A stretch of DNA of 64,000 bases from Myxococcota bacterium (GTDB lineage: Bacteria; Myxococcota; UBA727; JAHDBA01): NCBI GenBank assembly GCA_020630615.1, contig JAHDBA010000013.1:4994-68993 (forward strand), read 5' to 3'. Shown piece after piece: positions 1 through 9,004 of the stretch. The notes under the pieces are model-generated. The model saw nothing but the letters and a program-made list of their open reading frames with translations. It did no database searches and had not been told where the DNA came from. The position numbers were made by a program, and so were the translations under genes. Each line of letters opens with the position of its first letter. The stretch's first letter is position 1.

Positions 1-888
1 TGTCTTCAAGCTGGTGATCATATTGTCGCCTCCGATGATCTCTATGGCGGAACTTTCCGCCTCTTTGACAAAGTTTTTCGGAATATGGGTTTTGATTTTA
101 GCTTTGTTGATATGCGCAATGTCGAAAATGTGACTTCCGCAATCCAGGACAACACCAAACTCATATGGGTCGAAACGCCAACCAACCCAATGCTCAAACT
201 GGTTGATATTGCCTCGGTGACACGCGCATGTGGGGATATTCCTGTCGTTGTGGACAACACCTTTGCGACACCTTACCTGCAGCAACCGCTTTCACTGGGA
301 GCTGCTTTGGTTGTTCACTCGACTACAAAATATATCGGTGGACACAGCGATGTTGTCGGTGGGGCGGTTCTTACATCAGATTCATCATGGGATGACCGTC
401 TCGCCTTTGTTCAGAACTCGAGCGGTGGGGTCCCTGGCCCAATGGACTGCTTTTTAACTTTAAGAGGTACGAAGACACTTCACGTTCGTATGGACCGTCA
501 TCTTGAAAACGCCCAACACATCGCAGAGTTTCTAGACTCGCACTCAAAAGTAGAGTCCGTGATCTACCCAGGCTTAGCGTCTCATCCTCAGTTTGACCTT
601 GCTCAAAAGCAGATGAAAGGCCCTGGGGGAATGATTTCTTTCGTCGTCAAAAATGGATTGGATGGCGCAAACTCACTTTTGAAAAATACTAAACTTTTTT
701 CACTGGCGGAAAGCTTGGGTGGTGTTGAAAGCCTGATTGAGCATCCAGCGATTATGACTCATGCCTCCGTGCCCAAAGCACAACGCGAAATACTTGGAAT
801 CTCAGATGGCTTGATTCGTGTTTCAGTTGGCATTGAATCCAAAGATGACCTGGTCAACGATCTTGAAATTGCACTCGACAATGTTTGA
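1..888 (+). CDS. Cys/Met-metabolism PLP-dependent enzyme (cystathionine gamma-synthase / gamma- or beta-lyase family); 5' end lies outside the window
   Basis: Frame 1 is open from base 1 (CLQAGDHIVASDDLYGGTFRLF...) and runs into listed ORF 85..888. It contains the family PLP-lysine motif HSTTKYIGGHSDV and the C-terminal SLGGVESLIEHPAIMTH and IRVSVGIE signatures. Confidence 0.88.
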   Translation, partial: CLQAGDHIVASDDLYGGTFRLFDKVFRNMGFDFSFVDMRNVENVTSAIQDNTKLIWVETPTNPMLKLVDIASVTRACGDIPVVVDNTFATPYLQQPLSLGAALVVHSTTKYIGGHSDVVGGAVLTSDSSWDDRLAFVQNSSGGVPGPMDCFLTLRGTKTLHVRMDRHLENAQHIAEFLDSHSKVESVIYPGLASHPQFDLAQKQMKGPGGMISFVVKNGLDGANSLLKNTKLFSLAESLGGVESLIEHPAIMTHASVPKAQREILGISDGLIRVSVGIESKDDLVNDLEIALDNV

Positions 889-948
889 ACGCAAATCAGA
901 CGTAAATGCATAAAAGAGCATCAATTCACGATACCTTGGGAGCAAAAC

Positions 949-1722
949 ATGACACATAAAGTTCCAGACAAGCCTTCTTCAAAAACAAGATTTTTAGTTT
1001 TGACTTCAATGGTGTGCTTCGCGCTGTGGATGTGTGGGTGTGCAACAAGCTCGAAGCCCAATGTCGAGGCTACACCTGCAAAGAAGAATGCCGAATGGCG
1101 AGCGCCGCAATCGAGGCCAGGGACGGAAAATGAAGGCCCAGAGCTCCGGGAAGCACGCCTCGCATTGGTTGCATATCTTGAAGCCATTCAAAAAGGAGAA
1201 GGCAAGAAAGCGCAGCGCTTGGTTCAGAAGAACACCATGGCACATTTTAGAAGCGTGCATCATCGGACACTCTATGCCGAGCAAGAAGAGCTACTGACCT
1301 TAAACTCCTCAGACCGACTTATTGTTCTACGTCTTCGAAGCGAACTGAACCACAAGGCATTAAAAGCTTTAAACCCAGAAACCTTTTTCGAAACGCTCGT
1401 GAACCGTTCGTTGATGGGTTCTCAGGGTCTTGGCACGTTAGAGATTGGCCCCGGAACGCTACGCGGTCCCGATGCGCACTTTCAAATTTGGTCACAGAAT
1501 CAATCCACAGGGGTCCACTTCAATATGAAAAAAGAGGGGGGAACGTGGCGCTTTGATTTTCTAAAAATGCGTGATTTAAGCGACCAAAGTATTCAAGCAG
1601 CACTTGAGAGCAAAGGCTTGGATCCAGTGCTCTTTGAAATGCAGGTGCTACAAAAAGAACTTGGCCATTCTGTAGACCCCAAGGTGTGGAACGCCCCCTT
1701 GAAAGAGACGTCGACCCCTTAG
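949..1722 (+). CDS. hypothetical lipoprotein
   Basis: 257-aa ORF with an N-terminal hydrophobic segment ending in a lipobox-like LWMCGC. No catalytic motif recognised. Confidence 0.6.
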   Translation: MTHKVPDKPSSKTRFLVLTSMVCFALWMCGCATSSKPNVEATPAKKNAEWRAPQSRPGTENEGPELREARLALVAYLEAIQKGEGKKAQRLVQKNTMAHFRSVHHRTLYAEQEELLTLNSSDRLIVLRLRSELNHKALKALNPETFFETLVNRSLMGSQGLGTLEIGPGTLRGPDAHFQIWSQNQSTGVHFNMKKEGGTWRFDFLKMRDLSDQSIQAALESKGLDPVLFEMQVLQKELGHSVDPKVWNAPLKETSTP

Positions 1723-2140
1723 GTTTTTTACCGTGCTGTCCAACTTCACTTGCGCGTTCAGACATCGAATGGTGAACACGAAGAAGCCATCGTGTGTATG
1801 CATCAAAGTCGATTTCGTTGAGTGCCTCTCTAGGGATTGCGCCCAAGTCAAAGGCAACAACTTCACAGCAATTTGTTAAATGTTCAAATATTTCGTGAAG
1901 CATCGCGACATTGGTGGGCTGAACCCGAACGCATTGAGCATCATCGGGTATTTGACCATCACTTTTCTGACTACAATACGTGGCCAAACTCGATCCCCCC
2001 CAATCAACATGACAAAAGATCTTCGTCTTTGGCATGGGGTGAAAGAGTTTAGTTAAAGATTTCCACCACTCTTGAGGTCTTCCGAATCTTGTGAGCTTCA
2101 TGAATTGTATGCGATCGCACATACGAATGATGCGCCTCAC
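1520..2140 (-). CDS. hypothetical protein (doubtful; 3' third is antisense to 949..1722)
   Basis: 206-aa ORF. The first ~135 codons have protein-like composition (e.g. FCHVDWGGSSLATYC, LHEIFEHLTNCCEVVAFDLG). There is no stop until 1520, which is 200 nt inside the convergent gene. Confidence 0.3.
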   Translation of the reverse strand: MRRIIRMCDRIQFMKLTRFGRPQEWWKSLTKLFHPMPKTKIFCHVDWGGSSLATYCSQKSDGQIPDDAQCVRVQPTNVAMLHEIFEHLTNCCEVVAFDLGAIPREALNEIDFDAYTRWLLRVHHSMSERASEVGQHGKKPKGSTSLSRGRSTPWGLQNGQVLFVAPAFQRALDPSLCSQVLLEYFGRLNHAFLENQSATFPPLFSY

Positions 2141-2174
2141 TTGTCGAATAGCCTGGAGAAGGATACGACAAGCT

Positions 2175-2663
2175 ATGAATTTCCCTATCCAAAGTTCGAG
2201 TGCTCAGAAAACCGACACGACGAAAGATCCGCTTGAGATTGCCCCAAATCGGCTTGATGACGAAACTTCATCGCTGATTCGCGAAGGCTTTGAAGATCGC
2301 TTTGCCAGTCAATTGCGTCCCAGTGATGGACTTTCTGTCACAGCGTACCAGGGTACAGAATCAGCATACTTGATCATTGCTCTGGGAAGCCTCGATTCTC
2401 GAATGTTCTTTCATTTTCTCGTCGATGCGGTGCAAGGTGAAGGCTTTGATGGCGCGCTCGGCATTGTCCTTGATTTTGCCGAAGGCTGCCTGAGCGAGTA
2501 CCTCGAGTCGGAACGTGAAGCACACCTTCCTTTAGACTTTAAGGCCTACGATTTTGAAAAGGCAAAGGTCTTTGCCAAGTCGGACAAACGAAACCTTGTG
2601 GCAGAAAGCCATCGAGATGCGCTTTTAGAAGATCAAAACGAGGCGGCACTCCTAGAAACCTGA
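2175..2663 (+). CDS. hypothetical acidic protein
   Basis: The internal ATG at 2175 of listed ORF 2091..2663 avoids collision with 1520..2140. 162 aa, no motif recognised. It overlaps the 3' end of 2633..4051 by 31 nt (convergent). Confidence 0.45.
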   Translation: MNFPIQSSSAQKTDTTKDPLEIAPNRLDDETSSLIREGFEDRFASQLRPSDGLSVTAYQGTESAYLIIALGSLDSRMFFHFLVDAVQGEGFDGALGIVLDFAEGCLSEYLESEREAHLPLDFKAYDFEKAKVFAKSDKRNLVAESHRDALLEDQNEAALLET

Positions 2664-4051
2664 ATTAGGAAATCATCACGAAATGTTTGAAGCTGAGCAA
2701 GGTCATATGGAACGAATTTTTTTGATGGGGATTCAGTCTGCACACTCTGCGTGTTCACATTCGGGCTTGAGCTCTGAGAAAAATCTGGTTGGTACGAAAA
2801 ATTAACATCGACAACAAGATAATTTTTGTCATCAACGCGATGAAACCCTGTGTAAGAAATGCCGTCACGCATTGGTGCATGAGAGCCAAACCCCTTCCAG
2901 GATTGGACGCCTGACTGTTCCGATAAGGAATCTTCATTTTTCTGAACTATCATCTTCCACTCTGGTGACTTCAAAGACCCGATAAGCAGATCCGCTGTCT
3001 TCGAGGTGATCGAATCCGAGCTCAGCATGGAGTAGTCTGGCTTGCCCAAGTGGACCTTTAGACTTCGTTGAAGCTCTTTTTTCCGAAAGCGATCGAGACG
3101 CACTTCCCCACTACGTGTGATCCAAGATCCTGACGTCCAACCTCTTGCCATCTGAAAAAGATAAGGAGACATTCGAATACTGAAGAGTCGTGCCTGAGGT
3201 GGTAAAGCGCCTCTTCGAAATGTGCCATCGAGACGAATTGAAAAACGATTAAAGGCACGCAACATGTCACGCTTCCAATGCGTCTGTGCAAGTTCGCTTC
3301 GTTGTGTGCGCACCAAACAAGACAAGGCGTCAAAACGCTTTTTCTTCTTGCACGAATGACGGTTGGCCTCATCAAAACCTGTCTCACGACAGCGTCCCAG
3401 CTTGAGCGGACTTTGAGCGCAAGCCCGATGATAGTATGCCAAAGGCATAATCCGACTCGTACCGGGGTGGACATGGTCTCCCGAAGAAGGGTTCTCCTTT
3501 GGTGCATCGACAAGGATCACATCACCCGATATTCGGTCCACTCCAAAAAGTTTGAGTTCACGGATGACCTCCAGGACCTCTGAGAAGTCTAAGGTTGGGT
3601 CGCCGCTCGACGCAATCACCAGGTCGCCCTCGAGCACATGTTTCTCCAGCACGCCGGATAAGTAATAGCGTGTCTGAAAGCGAAACGAAGCGCCCAAGGT
3701 TCGAAAGCTATCCAAAAAAAGAGAACGTTCAGCGAAAAGTTTCTCGTCGACGTCGTCCCCGTGAATATGAAATAGGGGATAGCGCGTCTGCGGCGTGACC
3801 AATAAAACACTCGAACGAATCGTAATATCGTCAGGTACTTCTTCGCGAAGCCATCTTCGCAACCCACCAACATCTAAACCTTCATGCCGGACACGAATCG
3901 CTTGCTTCTTTTGATTTTCAACGATGCGCACGACTTTGGGATGAATTGTAGTGGAGATCCATGCCCGCACGCCGACCGCGCCTATCGGCACAACTGCCAA
4001 AAGCAGCAACATTATAAATGAGCCCATTGTACGCATGAAATAATCCCGCAT
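2633..4051 (-). CDS. membrane-anchored PBP4/DacB-like (peptidase S13-like) protein; catalytic boxes not evident
   Basis: N-terminal TM anchor (FIMLLLLAVVPIGAVGV). The segment LEGDLVIASSGDPTLDFSEVLEVIRELKLFGVDRISGDVILVD resembles the PBP4 N-terminal/transpeptidase fold. I could not find SxxK, SxN or KTG motifs. Confidence 0.45.
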   Translation of the reverse strand: MRDYFMRTMGSFIMLLLLAVVPIGAVGVRAWISTTIHPKVVRIVENQKKQAIRVRHEGLDVGGLRRWLREEVPDDITIRSSVLLVTPQTRYPLFHIHGDDVDEKLFAERSLFLDSFRTLGASFRFQTRYYLSGVLEKHVLEGDLVIASSGDPTLDFSEVLEVIRELKLFGVDRISGDVILVDAPKENPSSGDHVHPGTSRIMPLAYYHRACAQSPLKLGRCRETGFDEANRHSCKKKKRFDALSCLVRTQRSELAQTHWKRDMLRAFNRFSIRLDGTFRRGALPPQARLFSIRMSPYLFQMARGWTSGSWITRSGEVRLDRFRKKELQRSLKVHLGKPDYSMLSSDSITSKTADLLIGSLKSPEWKMIVQKNEDSLSEQSGVQSWKGFGSHAPMRDGISYTGFHRVDDKNYLVVDVNFSYQPDFSQSSSPNVNTQSVQTESPSKKFVPYDLAQLQTFRDDFLIQVSRSAASF

Positions 4052-4147
4052 TCCTATGCGGAGGCTACCCTAGCTTAAGCTTTCACGCCACTTTCAACAC
4101 GAGCTTTATCGCTCTCTTAGAAAGCCAAAACATTTTAGGTGAAGAAT

Positions 4148-5566
4148 CTATAGCTTCACATACTCGTACTCAAAGGGGTTTTGATTGATCCCCTTATTGG
4201 GAGGTGCAATCCAGTTTGCGCACTGGCCTGGCTGCGTGACCTGCTTCATAAGGGACCGTACATACACTCGATCATCTTCATTCGGCAGCCACTCATCATG
4301 GTGCGCATTGAACTCTTCTTGATCAATGAGGTTCCCTTCAGGGTTAAAACGATGGGTGCTATAGATCCCAACTTTTCGGTGAAATCGTTTCGACGGCAAT
4401 GTGAACTCAAAGTCAAAGCCATGCTTTTTAACTTCTCTGTTCCATTTTTGAACCGACTTTTCATTGTCATCGATATAGTTGTCTCGAAGCAACTCGTTCA
4501 TAGCATTTCGCAAGGGAACATCTTCTTGAGTTAAGCGACCGTCTTCGACACAGGTCATGGTGTAATAGTCATTCAAGCAAAGGTGCTCATCGTGCTTTTT
4601 CATTTCCCAAGCGCGACCTTTGAGGCCTGCTGCAAAATAGTTGGCAGCGTTGGAACTTTTTTCAGAACCAAAAAGGTCCAGCGAGCTGGTGTACCAGAAG
4701 TTGATGTATTTTTGAATTAGTGTGAGCGGAACACCTCCATAAGGGCGTACATCATCGCAATCGTGCTCTTTCATCATCTCGCAAGCTCGACGAACAACCC
4801 GCTCAACCCCCGTGACACCAACAAACATATGGTGCGCTTCTTCTGTCAACATGAAGCGTGCAGTGCGGGCCAGAGGATCAAAGCCAGATTCTGCAAGACT
4901 CAAGAGCTGATACTTTCCATCTTTGTCGGTGAAATTTGTGAACATGAAAAACGAAAGCCAGTCCGCAATCGGTTCATTGAACGTGGTCAAGATACGTGGT
5001 TTGTCCACGTCACCACTTCTTCTTTCAAGAAGGCCTTCTGCCTCTTCCCGACCATCTCGACCAAAATAAGACTGAAGTAGGTAAACCATCGCCCACAGGT
5101 GCCTGCCTTCTTCAACATTCACCTGAAAGAGATTTCTCAAGTCGTAGAGCGAAGGGCATGTTTGCCCCAACAAACGCTGCTGCTCAACACTCGCAGGCTC
5201 CGTGTCACCCTGTGTTACAATAAGGCGCCTGAGTGCATTGCGATGCTCACCAGGGACCTCCTGCCAAACATCCCGTTCGTGGTTGTCACCAAAACCAATT
5301 TTACGACCGGGCTCAGCTTCAGAAAGGAATATCCCCCAGCGGTATTCGGGCATTCGAACATGATCAAAGTGAGCCCAGCCTTCTCGGTCAACGCTTACCG
5401 CGGTTCTCAAATAAACGTCTTTCTCTTGGAAGCCCTCAGGGCCCATGCCTTTCCACCAATCGATGAATTTGGGCTGCCACCGCTCCAAAGCTCGCTGTAA
5501 ACGTTTGTCATCACTGAGGTGAACATTGTTGGGTATTTTTTCGCTGTTGATGGCAGATAAGGTCAT
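4148..5566 (-). CDS. boxB: benzoyl-CoA 2,3-epoxidase, oxygenase subunit BoxB (di-iron)
   Basis: 472 aa, the expected BoxB size. The N-terminus (EKIPNNVHLSDDKRLQRALERWQPKFIDWWKGMGPEG...DVYLRTAVSVDREGWAHFDHVRMPEYRWGIFL) matches BoxB as I recall it. Di-iron carboxylate motifs are present (NVEEGRHLW, LTEEAHHMF). Confidence 0.9.
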   Translation of the reverse strand: MTLSAINSEKIPNNVHLSDDKRLQRALERWQPKFIDWWKGMGPEGFQEKDVYLRTAVSVDREGWAHFDHVRMPEYRWGIFLSEAEPGRKIGFGDNHERDVWQEVPGEHRNALRRLIVTQGDTEPASVEQQRLLGQTCPSLYDLRNLFQVNVEEGRHLWAMVYLLQSYFGRDGREEAEGLLERRSGDVDKPRILTTFNEPIADWLSFFMFTNFTDKDGKYQLLSLAESGFDPLARTARFMLTEEAHHMFVGVTGVERVVRRACEMMKEHDCDDVRPYGGVPLTLIQKYINFWYTSSLDLFGSEKSSNAANYFAAGLKGRAWEMKKHDEHLCLNDYYTMTCVEDGRLTQEDVPLRNAMNELLRDNYIDDNEKSVQKWNREVKKHGFDFEFTLPSKRFHRKVGIYSTHRFNPEGNLIDQEEFNAHHDEWLPNEDDRVYVRSLMKQVTQPGQCANWIAPPNKGINQNPFEYEYVKL

Positions 5567-5680
5567 TCAAGCTCCTTAGAAGCTCTTTTTTATGCGATTT
5601 GCCAACCTTTCTCAAGTCCAATGAACTTTACGAGAGGAAAACTGTTCGAGAGTGTCGAGAAGCCCTCTTTTTGAGCACGT

Positions 5681-7099
5681 TTAAGAAATTGATTGGTAAA
5701 TCTTCATGATCTTTCGATTATGGTTCACCGCCTCTCCAGCTTTTGCACGTGCATCATGTTGAGCGTCAATCCACGCGTCACCTTGGCGCATACGGTGTTT
5801 TGTCCATGCTTTTTCAATCAATGGCCGAAGTGACTTTGCATCACGAACAGGAGCATGCCGCCCATGCACTCGTTGAAACTGTGCATAGACATCACGCGCA
5901 ACACCGGGACCACAATTGTATGCGATCAGTGCTAAACGGCACCGTGTTTCACTGTCTGCAACATCATTAAAATCAAGACTCGCATTTGCGATAAAGCGCG
6001 AAGCGGCAAACGCTGCCTTTTTAGGGTTAAGCCTTTCGTCTTTTCCACCGGATTTCTTTAGGCCATAGTCCTTCGCAGCGGCCGAAGTGAACTGGAATAC
6101 CCCCCGGGCTCCTGTCGGCGAACGAGCGTCAATATCCCAATGATCGCCCCCACTCTCATGAATCCCAAGCGCTATAATAAAGTTTTTATCCACGCCAAAA
6201 CGCTCGCAAGCAAAGTCCAATGATGAAAGCCAGGAACCCGCAAGCTCAGTCGACAACGCTTCATTGCCCAAACCTATCGTCTCAATAAAATCGCATATTT
6301 CTTCTTCGGGTATCTGGCGTGCTCGTGTGTCAATTTCGACTTCAAAATCTTCAAAACAAGCAAGGTCGCCAAGACGTATCACCGAAGGATCGGACATCGT
6401 CATTTGTAACGCACTCAGCCAAAAGTCTGCCGTGCCTTCAGCAGGGTCTACGACACCTAGCCCTTGGCTCGATAGGAACGACGAAAAGCTTTCCATCCGC
6501 GTTTCTCCGCGTAAAACAAAGCGAGAAGGTGCATTCGAAAATTTGAACTCTTTCAAGAAAGTATCCAATGCCCTTGTTGCAGCGTTTGACGGGTCGGAGT
6601 TCAGGAGATCATAGATGCGCTTTGGCTCATCGAGCATTTGATCGAGCTCAAGAGCACTCTGGTCACATCCAAGTTCAATTAATATCGCTTCAACAACATC
6701 ACGCCCACGCTTTGCCATGTCTGGATGTTCAACAGACAAACGTGACCAGAAGGCTTGTGCATCTTTTTTTGCACTCTGAGCTTCACACGCATAGCCAACT
6801 TCAGTCTCGCAGCCATCAGCTTCTTCGACGATTGCATTGACAAGATTATCGTTGCTTTGCACTGGGCCGATCCCCGTGTAAGCATTCATCGTGCTTGGCA
6901 TGATTTTATCATGCTGCTCCCGAAAGACTTCGAAATGGTCGTCAATCGATTGGCCGGACAACGCTTCATGAACACGTGTCTCCGGCGACAGTCCTTGATC
7001 GAGATTGCTTGAGTTCGTGCTGTCCCTTGATGCACCCACGTCGCCTTGCAAGTTCGAGTTCTCAGATTGTGCATTGGTATTGAGTTTGGTGATCCGCAT
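5681..7099 (-). CDS. lytic transglycosylase (SLT) domain protein with a long unique N-terminal region and no visible signal peptide
   Basis: C-terminal SLT motifs: IALGIHESGG (catalytic Glu-Ser), GARGVFQFT, IAYNCGPG. The N-terminal ~300 aa is polar/acidic with no hydrophobic leader. Confidence 0.8.
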   Translation of the reverse strand: MRITKLNTNAQSENSNLQGDVGASRDSTNSSNLDQGLSPETRVHEALSGQSIDDHFEVFREQHDKIMPSTMNAYTGIGPVQSNDNLVNAIVEEADGCETEVGYACEAQSAKKDAQAFWSRLSVEHPDMAKRGRDVVEAILIELGCDQSALELDQMLDEPKRIYDLLNSDPSNAATRALDTFLKEFKFSNAPSRFVLRGETRMESFSSFLSSQGLGVVDPAEGTADFWLSALQMTMSDPSVIRLGDLACFEDFEVEIDTRARQIPEEEICDFIETIGLGNEALSTELAGSWLSSLDFACERFGVDKNFIIALGIHESGGDHWDIDARSPTGARGVFQFTSAAAKDYGLKKSGGKDERLNPKKAAFAASRFIANASLDFNDVADSETRCRLALIAYNCGPGVARDVYAQFQRVHGRHAPVRDAKSLRPLIEKAWTKHRMRQGDAWIDAQHDARAKAGEAVNHNRKIMKIYQSIS

Positions 7100-7196
7100 T
7101 CGTATAGATTAGAACAGCACCGCTTTTTTTTCAGCTCGAACAAGCCAATTTCGTATCGGTTCTTTGACCGATACTTAATTTTTTTGTTCTAGAACG

Positions 7197-8870
7197 CTAG
7201 CAGCGTCGTGGATCAAAGGCTGGATTTGTTGGCTTGCCGTAGTTGGTTAGCGCTCCTTCCGGCCCTGTTGCATTGGCTCGAGTAAAGATCCAGTTTTGCC
7301 AAGCGGTTAGTCGACCAAAGATCCGTGTTTCCATTGTCTCTGGGCCAGGCCATCTCAAGTTCGCTTCCATACCGGTGAGCGCATCGGGGGACATCGCAAT
7401 GCGTTCTTCGACAAAGAGGCGCACCTCATCCGGAAAATCGATATCATCCCGACAGAAGGTCACCAGCCCCGCACGTTCAGCTTCTTCAGGTTCAAGTATT
7501 TTGGACGTTTGACAGAGCTCAAGGCATGTCTCTAAGGCTTTTGCATTGCCATAAAAACGTGTTTCGAGACGCGTTAATCCATTGGCCATTGGGGCCTTAC
7601 CATCATTAAACGCGGAGAGCTGGATGGATGAGTTTTCTTCGCCCTCCAAATCATCCAAAATGTACGAACGATCGCTCAAGAATAGGAGTTCCGCAAGGCA
7701 GCCGACAAAACATGAACTCGGCGTGACGAGGCCTAAGAAGGTCTTTGAAGTCATGTCCAAACGCTTCAAGACGCGACGCATGTGCAGAAAGCACTCAAGA
7801 GCAAAGCGATCGCCCTGCTCGACACCCTTTAACATGCCTTTCTCTGCCTCGAGCACGAACTCAGCACGGCCCTCTGTATGCAGTTCTACAAGTGCAATTT
7901 CTAAATGGTTCATTCGTAAATGCAGAATCGCATCGTCCAACTCACGAAACGCACGAAGCACCCATGCGTTTGCACCTTGTTTTCGAAGACTGGGTCCCGC
8001 AGTAGGCGGAGCCTCAAGAGGTGCACGTACTGTGAGTTTCGCACTCCGTTGAATCGGATCGATTGATAGTCGAACATATTGATAGTCACGGTGAATACCA
8101 TCAAGCGCAACTTCGATAGGAGGAAGCACAACGGGATCACCCGAAATGTGAGTGTCGTTCTTCGCCAAAATATTCGCGCGCTCTTTAATCGTATTTTCAA
8201 AGGTGCTTTTGGGTGCAATCCAATCCACCAAGCCCCAATCAACAGCGCGTTGACCGCGCACGCCTTCGGCAACAGAGGAAAAGAAATCTGCCAGGTCTCG
8301 ACGAACTTTTCTTTTATCGGTCACGCGAGTTAATCCGCCAGTCCCGGGGAGCACACCCAGCAAGGGTACTTCCGGAAGTGAGACTGCAGAATTGCCGTCG
8401 TCGATAAGTCCGATTTCATCGCATGCGAGTGCAAGTTCGTATCCACCTCCCGAAGCTGTTCCATTGGAGGCACAGAGAAAACGAATTCCAGATTCGCGGC
8501 TCGCCTCTTCAAGAGTGCAGCGGGTCTCATTGGTAAACTTGCAGAAGTTCACTTTGAAAGGGTGGGAAGTGGCACCAAGCATAAAAATATTTGCGCCTGC
8601 ACAGAAGATCTTATCTTTCGACGCTGAGATAACGACACAGGAGACTTCGGGATGCTCAAAGCGAATTCGTTGAACTGCGTCGGCAAGTTCCAAATCAACT
8701 CCAAGGTCATAACTGTTGAGCTTTAGGGAGTAGCCAGCAAAAATGCCACCATCTTCCGCCACGTCCAACTCCAAAGATGCTATTGGCCCATCAACACTTA
8801 AGTTCCAATGTTTGTAACTTTTCGGATGTCTTTCAAAAGATTCAATCTTTTCAACTTTGTGCTTGGCCAT
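7197..8870 (-). CDS. boxC: 2,3-epoxybenzoyl-CoA dihydrolase / benzoyl-CoA-dihydrodiol lyase BoxC (crotonase superfamily)
   Basis: 557 aa from ATG 8870, with GGAGGGA 6 nt upstream (the listed start 8885 is TTG). It has the crotonase motif SASKDKIFCAGANIFMLG and the two-domain length typical of BoxC. KVNFCKFTNETR resembles the family. Confidence 0.85.
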   Translation of the reverse strand: MAKHKVEKIESFERHPKSYKHWNLSVDGPIASLELDVAEDGGIFAGYSLKLNSYDLGVDLELADAVQRIRFEHPEVSCVVISASKDKIFCAGANIFMLGATSHPFKVNFCKFTNETRCTLEEASRESGIRFLCASNGTASGGGYELALACDEIGLIDDGNSAVSLPEVPLLGVLPGTGGLTRVTDKRKVRRDLADFFSSVAEGVRGQRAVDWGLVDWIAPKSTFENTIKERANILAKNDTHISGDPVVLPPIEVALDGIHRDYQYVRLSIDPIQRSAKLTVRAPLEAPPTAGPSLRKQGANAWVLRAFRELDDAILHLRMNHLEIALVELHTEGRAEFVLEAEKGMLKGVEQGDRFALECFLHMRRVLKRLDMTSKTFLGLVTPSSCFVGCLAELLFLSDRSYILDDLEGEENSSIQLSAFNDGKAPMANGLTRLETRFYGNAKALETCLELCQTSKILEPEEAERAGLVTFCRDDIDFPDEVRLFVEERIAMSPDALTGMEANLRWPGPETMETRIFGRLTAWQNWIFTRANATGPEGALTNYGKPTNPAFDPRRC

Positions 8871-9004
8871 GTGCGCTCCCTCCAATCGTTACATCCCCGT
8901 TAACAAGGGATGCACGAAAGCACCAGAAGTCTTCGAAGCAATCGCAAGCACAAAGCCCAGTCAATCTCTTCATTGCGTTCATCCGAAAAAGACCTTCAAA
9001 TCCA

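Noticed and set aside
8777-9004. N-terminal extension of the MotA/ExbB ORF
   Set aside because: The extension is antisense to the boxC 5' end and is not protein-like. The family-typical N-terminus begins at ATG 9005.
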